DNA of 64,000 nt from Hemiscyllium ocellatum (taxonomy: Eukaryota): the NCBI RefSeq assembly GCF_020745735.1, contig NC_083448.1, positions 6,942,006 through 7,006,005 of the forward strand, given 5' to 3'. Position numbers and translations under genes: made by a program. Each line of letters starts with the position of its first letter. Position 1 is the first letter of the stretch. Of the stretch, positions 1 through 12,280 are shown piece after piece. The notes beneath the pieces were generated by a model, which saw nothing but the letters and a program-made list of their open reading frames with translations, had not been told where the DNA came from and searched no databases.

Positions 1-278
1 GGATCGGAAAACGAAAAGACTTCATCTGCTCAAAAAACATTTCACAAAGTCCAAAAAGATATCCGGATTCCCTCACGGGACAGGAAGCAGACAAGAAAAG
101 CAACACTACAACACACAAAATACCCAAAAGGAGAAATCCCTGACTTCAGCCACACAGCTCAGTCTCAGGTCCCACAGATCAAACAAGCAGGCAAGATAAA
201 GCACTGCTTGATCCCAGCTCCCCCAATCACCAGCTTATCCCTGGGCGAGCGACAGCGGAGCTGGGCTGGCAAGCTTAC

Positions 279-3200
279 CGTTATCCTTGTTATCTGACAG
301 GAAGTTTTGGACAGCTTGTTTAAATGTCAAGATGGTTTTTGCAGTTGGCACTTCATGACCAGCAGTGAAAATTTTCTCGTAGACCAAACCTTCTGGCAGC
401 TCCTACAACCAGAGAATATTAGACTGAAAATGAGTTAGCACAGTACCAAGAAAACATAGATTCACATCTGTTAACCCTTCAGGATAATCACTCGTGTCTT
501 TGCAATTTCACCCACTGTGCAACCCTGTCCTGACCTTTATTAACACGGAGCTCAGAGCTCCCTGTGGGCACCACTCATGTTTAGAAGGACCAAACTGTGA
601 TATTTCAAAATTCTTAGAGCCTCCAATACACATTCTGCTCAGTGCACTTGGCACACCCTGCATTCTGAGGTTCACCAATCTCTGATCCTCTTGCACATCA
701 GTAGCACAGTAAGCATTGCCCACTGCAGGTTTACCCACCGTGCTGAAAATGGGAATTTCATTTCCCAAAGTGTTCCCATGAGTAAGATGCCTTTGAGCAG
801 AATCCCTCAACGGTCGTGCTTACTGGCAATTGCCATGAACTTCAACAGTTTGCAGAAACCCTGGATACAAAATCCTAACGGTGTCCACTGAGCTCCCCAG
901 GCCTGCCCAGCGAATGGTTAATAGTCGAGGCACTGTCATCGTTACCTGAGGATCATAGTAGCGCTTTGTAAAGGTAAGGTCAATGATTTTTCCCAATTCC
1001 TCCCTCTGCTCTTGGATCTGTCTGAAGAGGTCAGTCGGTGAGAAAAATTCACAAGGTTGCAGGTGCCTTTCGAATATCTGAAACAGAAGTATGTTAAGGT
1101 GGGAGAGATTCATGAGCAGTACAAAGCCATTTCCATTTTGTGTCTTTCATAAAAGGCAGGCATCACTGTCCAGACCAGTATTAATGCCGAATTGACTTGA
1201 AGGTGGTGATGGTGAGCTGCTGCAGTTATAGGTACACATATAATGAACAAATAGGAGAAGTGAGCCACTCAGCTTTTACTCTTCACTGTGGCTGGTCTAA
1301 CTGTGGCCTCCACTTCACTGTCTTAGCCCCACAATCCTTGACTCCCTTACTGATCTGTCAAACTCAACCCTGAATATATCTAATTACTCCTGGACAGCAG
1401 TGGAGCTGAGGTTAAGAATTCCAAGGATGAACAACACTCAGAAAATACTCTTCATCACATCAGTTTTAAAAGGAGGCCCCCAGCTTTTAGGCTGGTTATA
1501 GGCTAGTAAGCCTGATTTCTGTAGTTGTGAAGACTTCAGAGTCCATTACTGAGGTTGAATTAGAGTACTTGGAAGAGTGTGGTAAAATAGGGTCGAGTCA
1601 GTGTAGCTTTACCAGAAGACACAGGAGCAGAAACTAGACCATTCAGCCCGTCAGGTCTAATCCGCCATTCAAGGGCAGAATGGCCTACTCCTGCACCAAT
1701 TGTCAATCATGGCTGATAAGTTTCTCAACCCCCATTCTTCCAGTTTCTCCCCGTAACCCTTGATCCACTGGATACTCTCAAACCTGTCTATCCCAGTCTC
1801 AAATATACTCAATGACCTGGCCTCCACAGCTTTCAGCGGCAATGAATTCCATAGATAGTCTACTCTCTGGCTGAAGAAGTTTCTCCTTATCCCCGCTCTG
1901 AAAGGTCGTCGCTTTGCTCGAGATCTGTCCAGGCCATTCAGTATTGTGTGCGTTTCAATCAGATCCATCCCATCCCCCTGCATTCTTCTGCAGTCTATCA
2001 TGTATAAATCCAGAGTCCTCAAATGTTTCGCGTATGTTAAGCTTTTCATTCCTGGGACCATTCTTGTGAACCTCCTCTGAACATGCTGCAGAGCCAGGAC
2101 ATCCCTCCTGACCAGAGCCTGAGAAGTACACCCCTGCTTTTATATTCAAGTCCTCTCAAAGTAAGTGCAATCAATGGATTTGCCTCCCTAACTACTCACT
2201 CAACCTGCAAGTTTACCTTGAGAATATCCTGGACTTGAACTCCCAAGTCACTTTGCACTTCAGACTTCCGAATTTCATCCCCATTTAAAAAAGTCAATGC
2301 CTCCATTCTTCCCAAAGTGCAGCATCCTCACGTCCTCAAGGCAATCTGTCCCTCTCCCTATCTTTATATTGTCTTCAAACTTAGCCAGAATGCCTTCAGT
2401 TCCCTCAACTAGACTGTTAATGTACAAAGTGAAAAATCATGGTCCCAACACTGAGCCTTGCAGAACACCACTTGTCACCAGCTGCCATCCCTTTTATCCC
2501 CACTTTCTGCCAGACAGCCAAGCTTCTATTTATGCTGGCACCTTACCTCCAGCACCATGAACCCTCATCTTACTCAGTAGCTTCCTTGTCAAGTTCATGT
2601 GCAAGCTCAGTTGTTCATTAGAAAGGCAAGTGCATTGTTCACATTCATTTTAAGAAGGCTGAAATACAAGGATGGACTGCTTTGCTCACATTATCTTCCA
2701 GTCGCAAAATTTTCCTCAAACTGTTGAAATTCCTTTGCAAACAATATGTTCCTCACAACTTGCTTTCCTCCCTAGCTCTGTGTAATTAGCAAATGAGGTT
2801 ACAAGATATTAAGACAGCTTATAATTAGTTGATGCCTGGCAATGTTCACTGTGTTCACATGCTGAATATCTCATGTTAGCTGGCCAATTGTCTATACATG
2901 CTAAAATGTCTACCAGAACACGACGAGCACTTATCTTCAATAGTAATCTTTATGTGGCACAGTACTGTGTGTCCAAATTAACATGAAATATGTACAGGTT
3001 CGACTTTCTCCATCTTGCTTGTTTGATCCTCAACAAACTCTGAAACTTGTTAAATACAATTTCCCTTTCATAAGGCTCTGCTTGAATGAATTATGATTTT
3101 CTAACATAGTGCTAACATTTCTTTTAAACACAATAATATTCCCAAATTCCTTGTCCTGTTTGACTTTGACACGTTAGAAACTTGGAGAAATCATTGAGCC

Positions 3201-4919
3201 CCTCAGCCTGTTCTGCCATTCAATGGCTGAGTTATGATCTAACTCCACATTTTGCACATATTAATTGCTATGGGGACAAAGATATCGTTCAAGCTCAGGT
3301 TTAACGTGAACAACCGATCTGGTATCAAGTGTTATTCGTGGAAGAGAGTACCAAACCTCCATTATCTTCAGTGAGGACTAAACTTTAATGATTTCATCAC
3401 AGGCAGGTATGCCTCACATTTGTAAGACTGCACTCCTTCAGTGTGCAGCACCCCGAACTTAATGCCCATTGACCGACTCTATCTGCAACTTTGGGAAATC
3501 TCAATCAAATCACCCACCCGCTAACTTTTTAAGTTCCAAGAAATGCAACTTCGGTTTGTGCAATCTTTGGCAGCATGGTGGCTCAGTGACCCTCCAAATG
3601 GAGTTTGCACATCCTCCCCCGTGTCTGTGTGCAAACACGGTTTTCTCTGGGTGCTCCAGTTTCCTCCCATAATCCAAAGATGTGCAGTTCGGGTGGGTTG
3701 GCCATGGAAAATATTGGGTCATAGCTTTAGGGTCTGGGGTTGGTCTGGGTGAGATGCTCCTCACAAAGTCAGTATGGACTCGATGGGGCCAATGACCAGC
3801 TGGAGGGATCGTATGATTCTGTGATTCTCTTCCTCTGGATGAATGAAAACAGTGTGCCTTCCGGAGGTGTGTTGTTGTCAGGTGTAGTCTAATCAGTTTT
3901 GCTTAACCAGACGAAAGAGAGTCACACAGAGAAACCTGAGTTGAAAAGCGTGGTGCTGGAAAAGCACAGCAGCATCCGAGGAGCAGGAGAATCGACGTTT
4001 CGGGCCTAAGCCCTTCTTCAGGAATGAGGCTGGTGTGCCAAGCGGGCTGAGATAAAAGTTGGTGGTGGGGAATTTAATAAGTGGATGGAGGTGAGGGTGA
4101 GGGTGACAGGCCAGAGACGGGGTGGAGAGGTCAGGAAGAAGATTGCAGGTCAAGAAAGGTGGTGCTGAATCTGGGGGTTTGGACTGAGATGATGTGGGGG
4201 GAGGGGAAATGGGGAAGCTGGAGAAATCTACATGCACCCCTTGTGGTTGGAGGGTTCCTAGGCAGAGAAACCTGTCAGGCTTTGTGATTATCTTCTGTAC
4301 CTTCTTCAGAGGGACTTTAAAGGCGATGAATCTGGTCCCCGGGAGCCTGCGTCCCACAGCAGAGTATTTCTGCCATCTGCGGGGAGAGAGAAAAGAGGAG
4401 GCATCAGGCAGAGGGAGGCATCAGGCAGAGGGAGGCATCAGGCAGAGGGAGGCACCAGGCAGAGGGAGGCACCAGGCAGAGGGAGGCACCAGGCAGAGGG
4501 AGGCACCAGGCAGAGGGAGGCACCAGGCAGAGGGAGGCATCAGGCAGAGGGAGGCACCAGGCAGAGGGAGGCACCAGGCAGAGGGAGGCACCAGGCAGAG
4601 GGAGGCACCAGGCAGAGGGAGGCACCAGGCAGAGGGAGGCATCAGGCAGAGGGAGGCATCAGGCAGAGGGAGGCATCAGGCAGAGGGAGGCACCAGGCAG
4701 AGGGAGGCACCAGGCAGAGGGAGGCATCAGGCAGAGGGAGACATCAGACAGAGGGAGACATCAGGCAGAGGGAGGCAGCAACAGGAAAGGAAATGGAACA
4801 GACTGACAGCCGTGCATCACCACCAGGAGGGAGAGGGGGAGAGAGGCCCAATCCCGCAGGAGACCACGGCCACGGGTTTGTGAAAGGCCTCACCTGTCCG
4901 GGATCTTGTTTTTGCTCAT
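279..4919 (-). CDS. DUSP11: RNA 5'-triphosphatase DUSP11 (PIR1), exons 1-4; gene continues beyond the left edge
   Basis: Exons: 4894-4919 (MSKNKIPDR), 4301-4376 (WQKYSAVGRRLPGTRFIAFKVPLKK), 946-1077 (IFERHLQPCEFFSPTDLF...IIDLTFTKRYYDPQ), 279-402 (ELPEGLVYEKIFTAGHEVPTAKTILTFKQAVQNFLSDNKDN). All introns are GT-AG with consistent phases. The motifs match DUSP11 IPxRW/GTRFIAFKVPL/IIDLT/KIFTxGH as recalled. The catalytic HC(X)5R exon lies outside the window. Confidence 0.93.
1610..2580 (-). mobile_element. CR1-like LINE 3' fragment
   Basis: Degenerate RT C-terminal peptide (RRNFFSQRVDYLWNSLPLKAVEARSLSIF) and CR1-type 3' UTR. Confidence 0.75.
3570..3830 (+). mobile_element. tRNA-derived SINE (HE1-like), partial
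   Basis: ggtggctcagtg head; ggagtttgcacat...ccagtttcctccca..ccaaagatgtgcag core shared with other copies in the window. Confidence 0.75.
3939..4262 (-). mobile_element. Penelope-like element 3' end (pseudo-LTR) with hammerhead motif; 12-bp TSD
   Basis: Homologous to the 3' end of the Penelope copy at 62570-62950. Flanked by cagagaaacctg at 3927-3938 and 4263-4274. Confidence 0.75.
4398..4778. repeat. 17-bp minisatellite GGCA(C/T)CAGGCAGAGGGA, ~22 copies, DUSP11 intron 1
   Basis: Directly visible tandem array. Confidence 0.95.
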
Positions 4920-5060
4920 AGCTCGACTCGGGCCGAGCCAAATGGCCCTCTCCACCGCAACACACAGGCCGGGAAGCCGGCGCCAGCACAGGCCCATTGC
5001 GCAGGCGCGCATTGCAGCGGTGGTCGACGGGAGAGGGGGAGGGGGAAGAATGTGCGGAAA
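4920..5060 (-). promoter_or_regulatory. CpG-rich DUSP11 promoter/5' UTR with NRF1-like site
   Basis: CpG-dense stretch directly upstream of the ATG; TGCGCAGGCGC at 4998-5008; YY1-like AAATGGC near 4940. Confidence 0.55.
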
Positions 5061-8000
5061 AGGGAGGAGCTGGGGGGAGGGGGAGGAGCTGGGGGGAGGG
5101 GGAGGAGCATGGGTGAAGGGGGAGGAGCTGGGGGGAATGGGGAGGAGCTGGGGGGAATGGGGAGGAGCTGGGGGGAGGGGGAGGAGCTGGGGGGAATGGG
5201 GAAGAGCTGGGGGGAGGGGGAAGAGCTGGGGGGAGGGGGAGGAGCTGGGGGAAATGGGGAGGAGCTGGGGGGAGGGGGAGGAGCTGGGGGGAGGGGGAGG
5301 AGCTGGGGGGAGGGAGGAGCTGGGGGGAATGGGGAGGAGCTGGGGGGAAGGGGGAGGAGCTGGGGGAAGGGGGAGGAGCTGGGGGGAAGGGGGAGGAGCT
5401 GGGGGAGGGGAGGAGCTGGGGGGAGGGGAGGAGCTCGAGGGGAGGGGGAGGAGCTGGGGGGAGGGGGAGGAGCTGGGGGGGAGGGGGAGGAGCTGGGGGG
5501 AGGAGCTGGGGGGAGGGGGAGGAGCTGGGGGGAGGGGGAGGAGCTGGGGGGAGGGGGAGGAGCTGGGGGGAGGGGGAGGAGCTGGGGGGAGGGGGAGGAG
5601 CTGGGGGAGGGGAGGAGTGGGGGGAGGGGGAGGAGTGGGGGGAGGGGGAGGAGTGGGGGGAGGGGGAGGAGCTGGGGAGGGGGAGGAGCTGGGGAGGGGG
5701 AGGAGCTGGGGGGAAGGGGAGGAGCTGGGGGAAGGGGAGGAGCTGGGGAAGAGGGGAGGGGGAGGAGCTGGGGGCAGGGGGAGGAGCTGGGGGCAGGGGG
5801 AGGAGCTGGGGGGACACGAGGCTGGTCGAGGGGGAAGCATACGAGCTGGGGTGGGGGGAAGCACGAGGGGCAGGACATGAGGCTGGGGAGGGGGGAGAAA
5901 CAAGGCCGGGGGGAGGACACGAGCCTGGCGGGGGGCAGAACACGAGCCTGGGGGGGGGGATGAACACGAGCCTGGGGGGGGGGGGGGGGGGATGAACACG
6001 AGCCGGGGGGGGGGATGAACACGAGCCTGGGGGGGGGGGATGAACACGAGCCTGGGGGGGGGGGGAAGAGCCTGGGGGGGGGGAAGAACACGAGCCGGTG
6101 GGGGCGGAAGAACACGAGCTGGGGGGGGAGAACATGAGGTGGGGGGGGAGAACATGAGGTGGGGGGGAGAACATGAAGCTGGGGGGAGGGACACGAGGCG
6201 GTAGCGGGGGAGAACACGAGGCTGGGGCGGAGAACACGAGGTTGTGGGGGAGTGACACGAGGCTGGGGGGGAGGGACACGAGGCGGGACGTGGGGGACAC
6301 GAGTCTGAGGGGGAGGGACACAAGGCTGAGGGGGGACACGAGGCTGGGGGGGATCACGAGGCTGGTGGGGGTCCTCGTATTCCCCTCCTTGCCTTGTGTT
6401 TCTCCTGGCCTTGTTTCCCATCCCCTGGCCTTGTTTCCCCCCTCCCCCTCCCCCTCCCTTGTGTTCCCACTTCACCCCTCCCCGCTTGTGTTCCCCCTCC
6501 CCCTGCCTTGTGTTCCCCCTCCCCCTACCTTGTGTTCCCCCCAAGCCTTGTGTCCCCTCTCTCTTCCAGTCATGTTCCCCCCCAGTCTTGTTCCCCCTGC
6601 CTTGTGTTTCCCCCCAGCCTTGTGTTTCCCTGCAGTGTTTGCCCCCCGAGTCGTGTCCCCCCACCCCAGCCTTGTGTTCCCCCCCAGCCTTGTGCTTCCC
6701 CCCCACCTTGTGCTTCCCCCCAGCCTTGTGTTCCCCCGCCTGGTGTTTCCCCCCAGCCTTGTGCTTCCCCCCGAGCCTTGTGTTCTCCCGCACGGTTCCC
6801 CCCAACCTTGTGTCCCCCCAGCCTTGTGTCTCCCCCTCCAGCCTTGTGTCTCCCCCTCCACCACCCTTGTGTCCCACCCCCCAGCTTTGTCCCTTCCTCC
6901 AGCCTCATGTCCTCCCACCCTGGCCTTGTGTCTACCCACCTCCGGCCTTGTTTCCCTCCTCCCAGTGATCCCCCCACAGTCTTGTGTTCCCCCCCCCCCC
7001 CAATCCTTGTGGTCCCTCCAAGTATTGTGCTCCCCCTCCACCGTGTCCCCCTCCCCGCCTTGTGTCCCCCGCCAGCCTTGTGTTTACCCCCAAGCCGGTT
7101 TTCCCCCTTTATTCCCCCACCCCCAGCCTTGTTTCCCCCCCTCCCGGCCTTGTGTCTTCACCCCCCCCCCCACAGCCTTGTTTCCCACCTCCGTTCCCCC
7201 ACCCCTGGCCTTGTGCTCTCCCAGCCTTGTGTTCCCCCCCGCCCGGGGGTGGGGGGGTACGGAGGGGGGGCACAATGCCGGGGAGTGATGGAGGGGGGAC
7301 ACAAGGCCGGGGAGTGGAGGGAACACAAGCCCGGGTGTGGAGGGACGTAGGGGTGGAACAAAGATGGGGGGGGGGCACAAACAAGGCCAGGGGTGGGGGC
7401 ATGGGGAGGAAAAACAAGGCCGGGGGGGTGGGACAAGGACGGGGGGGGTACAAGAACGGGGGGTACAAGGCTGGTGGGGGGGGAATGGTGGGGAAACAAG
7501 GCCAGGGGTGGAGGGATAGATGGGGAAAACAAGGCCGGAGGGCAGGAAACAAGGCCACGGGTGGGGGCACGGAGAGTGGAAACAAGGGCGGGGGGGCGGG
7601 AAACAATGCCGGGGGTGGGGGTGGAATAAGGCCAGGGGTGGGGAAACAAGGCTGGGGGGGGTAATTGCAAGGCCGGCGGGGGGAGGGGGCGGGGAGAGGC
7701 AAGGCAGAGGGGAGATGCAAGGCCGAGGGGGGACACAAGGCCGGAGGTGAGGGGACGGAGGGGGGAAACAAGGCTGTGGGTAGGGGGTAATAAGGCCAGT
7801 GGTGGGGAAACGAGGCCGGGGTGTGGGGAAACGAGGCCGGGTGGGGGGAACACAAGGGTGGAGGGAGAGGGACACAAGCTTGGAGAGGGAGGGACACAAG
7901 GCTGGAGGGGGGGACACAAGGGCTGGAGGGAGGGACATGGCTGGGGGGAGGACACAAGGCTGGAGGGGGGAGCAAGGCTCGTGGGGGGCACAATGCTGGA

Positions 8001-8610
8001 GGAGGAGGGACAAGGCTTGGGGGGACAAAGCAGAAGGGGGGACAAGGTGGGGGACAGGGAGAGGGGGGACAAAGCGGGAGGGAGGCGGACAGGGAGGGGA
8101 ACAAGGTGGGGGTGGAGTGGATAGGGAGGGGTACAAGGTGGGGGGGGGAGACAAGGAGAGGGGGGACAAGGCAGGAGTGAGGCAGACAGGGAGGGAAACA
8201 AGGTGGGGGTGGAGTGGATAGGGAGGGGGACAGGGTGGGGGGAGGGAGACAGGGAGGGGGACAAGGCGGGGTGAGGGAGACAGGGAGGGGGACAAGGCGG
8301 GGTGAGGGAGACAGGGAGGGGGACAGGGCAGGAAATAGGGGGACAGGGAGAGGGGGACAAGGTGGGAGGGAGGCGGACAGGGAGAGAGATAAGGTGGGGG
8401 TGGAGTGGACAGGGAGGGGGACAAGGCGGGGGGAGGGAGACAGTGAGGGGGACAGGGAGGGGGACAAGGCGGGGGGAGGGGGACAGGGAGGGGGTAAGGA
8501 AGGGGGAGAGGGAGGGATGGAGGGGGACAAGGTGGGGGGAGGGGGACAGGGAGGGAAGGGGGCAAGGCAGGGGGAGGGGGACAGGGAGGGATGGAGGAGG
8601 ACAAGGCGGG
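5060..8610. repeat. Compound G-rich minisatellite with an internal inverted C-rich block (~6372-7243)
   Basis: Unit of about 20 bp (GGAGGAGCTGGGGGGAGGGG) drifting to ACACGAGGCTGGGG, ACAAGGCCGGGG and GACAGGGAGGGG; strand switches near 6372 and 7243. Confidence 0.9.
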
Positions 8611-9850
8611 GGGGAGGTGTGAAGAGTGGAGTGGGGTAACAGAGTGAGGTACTAAGGGGAGGGGGGAATGGGGGAAGAGGAAGAAGGGTGGCGGGGGTAG
8701 AAGGCAAGTGGATGTCCATGGTGGTGTACGTGGTGTTGGGGAGTGTGGGTATACGTCAGGGATGTGGATGTTGGATGGAGAAGAAGTCATGGGTGCCTGG
8801 AGATCTTGGGGCAAAGTGGAAGTTGGAGGGCGGGGACTGGAGGTCCAGGGATGAGGAAGCAAATGGATGTTGGTGCAGGACGTGCAAGGGGAGATCCAGG
8901 GGATGAGGCATTGGGGATTTGGGATCTAGGTTGAAGAGGGATTGGACTGGAGGTCAGTGAGGAAAAGTGGAGATATGGAGGGTGGGGTGAGGGACACTTG
9001 GGTCCCGGGCATATGAATGGAGGTCTGGGTAGGGTTGCAGGTCTGAGGGGGAGGAAATGGAGGTTTTAGGGGTGACATGGAATTCAGGGTGAGTGGCAGT
9101 CAGGAGGAGAAGTGGAAAGCTTGCAGGGAGAATGGAAGTTGGGGGAAGGAGAGAGGTGGTTAGGAAGTGGAAGGCCTGGGATGGGCAGAGTGGAAGTTGT
9201 GGGGGGAAGAGGAAGTCGGGGGGCTAAGTGGAAGTTGGGGGGCAGAGAGGAAATTGGGGAGGGGATGGGGTGTGGTAGAGGTGTGAATGGAGGTCCTGGG
9301 AGCAATAGAGGTCTTGAGTGGAGTGGAGGGATGTGAGGAATGGAGGTCTGGTGGGGAAATCAGAGGGCTGGGGGAAAAATGGAAGTCTGGGGGTGTGGTG
9401 GCAGTTGGGCAATTGGAAGTCAAGTGAGGCTAGTGGAACGAGAGGGAAAGTGGAAGTGGACTTAGTGGAGGTCAGGGGAATTGGAGGTCGGGATGTGGAG
9501 GGGGATGTGCAGGTCTGGGTGGGGAAAATGGAGCTGGAGGGGAAGTGAAAGTCAAGGCTGGAGGAAATTTAAGTTGGGATGTGGAATTGATAAGATGGGG
9601 TCATGTGGATGTCGGGGTGTGGGGAGATGGCGAGGTCAGAGAGGTTGGCAAGGGTAGGGGAAGTGGAAGTGGGCAGGACGTGGAACAAGGGTGGGATGTG
9701 GAAGTGTGGGATGTGCAAGTTGTGGAGAAGTGGGGGAGAGGTGGCAGAGTGGAAGTCCAGGGCGGGAGGGGAGGAGTGGAGGTGGGAGAATGGAGGTCCA
9801 CAATGGGCAATGGAGGTCCGTGACAGGGAATGGAGTACTGGAGAAGGGGG
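8610..9850. repeat. Degenerate G-rich low-complexity repeat (GGAAGT/GGAGGTC-rich)
   Basis: Strong purine/G skew with recurring tggaagt and ggaggtc motifs. Confidence 0.7.
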
Positions 9851-9924
9851 TGCACGGTAAAGATGAGGTTGTGTGTTTTTGCCACTTGTTGGTTCCCTCA
9901 CCACCTGCTAGGTCCTTTAGGATC

Positions 9925-10390
9925 TGACCAACTCAATCAGCAGTACTGCTACCAAGCCACTCTTGGTGATGGACATCGAAGTCCCCTGCCCAGAGTTCAC
10001 ACTGCACCCTTGTCACTCTGAGTACTTCCTCCAAGTTTTGTTCAACATGGAGGAGTATCGATTCATCCGCTGAGGAAGGATGGTATGTGTTAATCAACAG
10101 GAGGTTTCCTTGCCCACGTTTAAGCTGAAGCCATGAGACATCAAGAGGTCCGGAGTCACTGTTGAGGATTCCCAGGGCAACTCCCTCCCTGCTGTGTGCC
10201 GCCATCTTTGCTGGGTCTGTCCTGCCTGTGGGACAGGACATATCCAGGAATGGTTATGGTGGTATCTGTAAGGTATGGTTTCGAGTATGACGAGGTCAGG
10301 CTGTTGCTTGATGAGTCTGAGAGACAGCTCTCTCAAGTCAGGCAGATTTTACAGGGCTGCCATCGTCTTTTCTGGTGCCTTGGTTGATGA
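9925..10390 (-). mobile_element. Non-LTR retrotransposon APE-endonuclease fragment
   Basis: PDLVILE and LLLINTYHPSS...WAGDFDVHHQEWLGS (GDFN-type motif), frameshifted. Confidence 0.7.
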
Positions 10391-10699
10391 CGGGTGATCC
10401 AAGTTGATTTCATTGAATCTGGAATTAAGATTCTACTGCTGACCATGAAACCATTGTCGGGAAATCCCATCTGGTTCACTAAGTCTCCCATCCTCACCCA
10501 TTGTTGCCCAGATGTGACCCCAGACCCACAGTCGACTCTGAAATGGCCTGATTTTTTCCAAAAATTTAGTTTGAATTCCACGATCCGCTGAATTGGGATT
10601 TGGAACCCAGAATGTGAGCCGAGTTTCCGCATTAATATTTGAGCGATCGTTCTACTTGAAGGACGGGGGAGGGGTCTGGAGGGTTCATTCCTCTGTGTG

Positions 10700-11800
10700 G
10701 GTGATCATCTGTTTGGGGAGGTGGGGAAGGGTGATCTGAAGAAGAGGGAAAGTGGTGAGGAGAGAGGAGGGATTGGGGGTGGTGCTGCGGAGGGGGGGGA
10801 AGGAAGTGGGGGAAGCAGAAGTCCTGGGGGTGTGGAGAAGAGGGGTGGGAGTTGAGGGTTTAGGATGAAGGGGGAGTAGGAGGGTTTAGTAAGGAGGGGA
10901 TCCAGGGCAGGAAGTGGACTCATTGGCTGGTGGAGGAGAGGGTCATGGTTAGAGGGATGGGTGGTAGAGGTCCACGGGGTGGGGATGAGAAGGGTGAGTG
11001 GGTGGGAGGACAAGGTGAGTGGGTGGGTGGGAGGATTTGGGGAGGGTTTAGGGAGGAGGAGATCTAGAGTAGGTAGTGGATTCACTGGTTGGTGGAGGAG
11101 AGGGTCAGAGTCACGGATGGGTGGTAGAGGTCCTTGGGGGGGGGGGGGGGGGGGAGAAGGGTGAGGGGATGCGGGAGAAGGGTGAGTGGATAGGGAGGAA
11201 GGGGTGAGGGGGTGGGTTGAGGAAGCAGGGGATCGAGGGCAGGAGTGGACTCTGGCTGGTGGAGGAGAGGGTCATGGTGAGGGACGGGTGGTAGAGGTCC
11301 TCAGGGTGGGTTGGTGGGAGGAAGGGTGAGTGGGAGGGTTTGGGGACAAGAGGGCCTCGGGCAGGAGGTGGTCTCGCAGGTGGAGGAGAGGGTCATGGGT
11401 GGGTGGTAGAGGTCCTGGGGAGGGGAAGGGTGGGTTTGGGGATGAAGGGAGAGTGGGAGGGATTGGGGATGAGGGGGTCTCGGGCAGGAGGTGGATTCAC
11501 TGGCAGGTGGAGGAGAGGGTCAGGGATGAGTGGTAGGAGAGGTCCTCAGGGTGGGGAGGGAAAGGGTAGGTGGGAGGGTTGGGGTGAGGAGGAGAGGGTC
11601 AGGGATGAGTGGTAGGAGAGGTCCTCAGGGTGGGGAGGGAAAGGGTAGGTGGGAGGGTTGGGGTGAGGAGGAGAGGGTCAGGGATGAGTGGTAGGAGAGG
11701 TCCTCAGGGTGGGGAGGGAAAGGGTAGGTGGGAGGGTTGGGGGGGGAGGAGGAGGAGAGGGTCAGGGATGAGTGGTAGGAGAGGTCCTCAGGGGGAGGGG
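10700..11800. repeat. G-rich repeats including a 79-bp tandem unit (~3.5 copies, 11511-11790)
   Basis: aggagagggtcagggatgagtggtaggagaggtcctcagg recurs at 11511, 11590, 11669 and 11753. Confidence 0.85.
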
Positions 11801-12280
11801 GAGGGTGAGAGGGAGAGGGTCAGGGTCAGGGTCAGGGTCAGGGTGAGGATGAGTGGGGGGGGAGGGTGAGAGGGAGAGGGTCAGGGTCAGGGTCAGGGTG
11901 AGGATGGGTGGGGGGAGGGTGAGAGGGAGAGGGTCAGGGTCAGGGTGAGGATGGGTGGGGGGGGAGGGTGAGAGGGAGAGGGTCAGGGTGAGGGTGAGAG
12001 GGAGAGGGTCAGGGTGAGGATGGGTGGGGGGGAGGGTGAGAGGGTCAGGGTGAGGGTGAGAGGGAGAGGGTCAGGGTGAGGATGGGTGGGGGGGAGGGTG
12101 AGAGGGAGAGGGTCAGGGTCAGGGTGAGGGTGAGAGGGAGAGGGTCAGGGTGAGGATGGGTGGGGGGGAGGGTGAGAGGGTCAGGGTGAGGATGGATGGG
12201 GGGGAGGGTGAGAGGGAGAGGGTCAGGGTGAGGATGGGTGGGGGGGGAGGGTGAGAGGGAGAGGGTCAGGGTGAGGATGG
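11800..12280. repeat. Minisatellite built from variant-telomere hexamers TCAGGG/TGAGGG
   Basis: Repeated gagggtcagggtcagggtgaggatgggtggggggga units. Confidence 0.9.

Noticed and set aside
4398-4778. CRISPR-like regular repeats
   Set aside because: There are no unique spacers and the context is a eukaryotic intron.
4194-4883. 229-aa plus-strand repeat ORF
   Set aside because: It is antisense to DUSP11 exon 2 and intron 1 and is produced by the 17-bp VNTR.
4744-8862. Long Pro-rich or Gly-rich ORFs (up to 653 aa) on both strands
   Set aside because: Several frames are open only because the G/C minisatellites lack stop codons; there is no splice or domain evidence.
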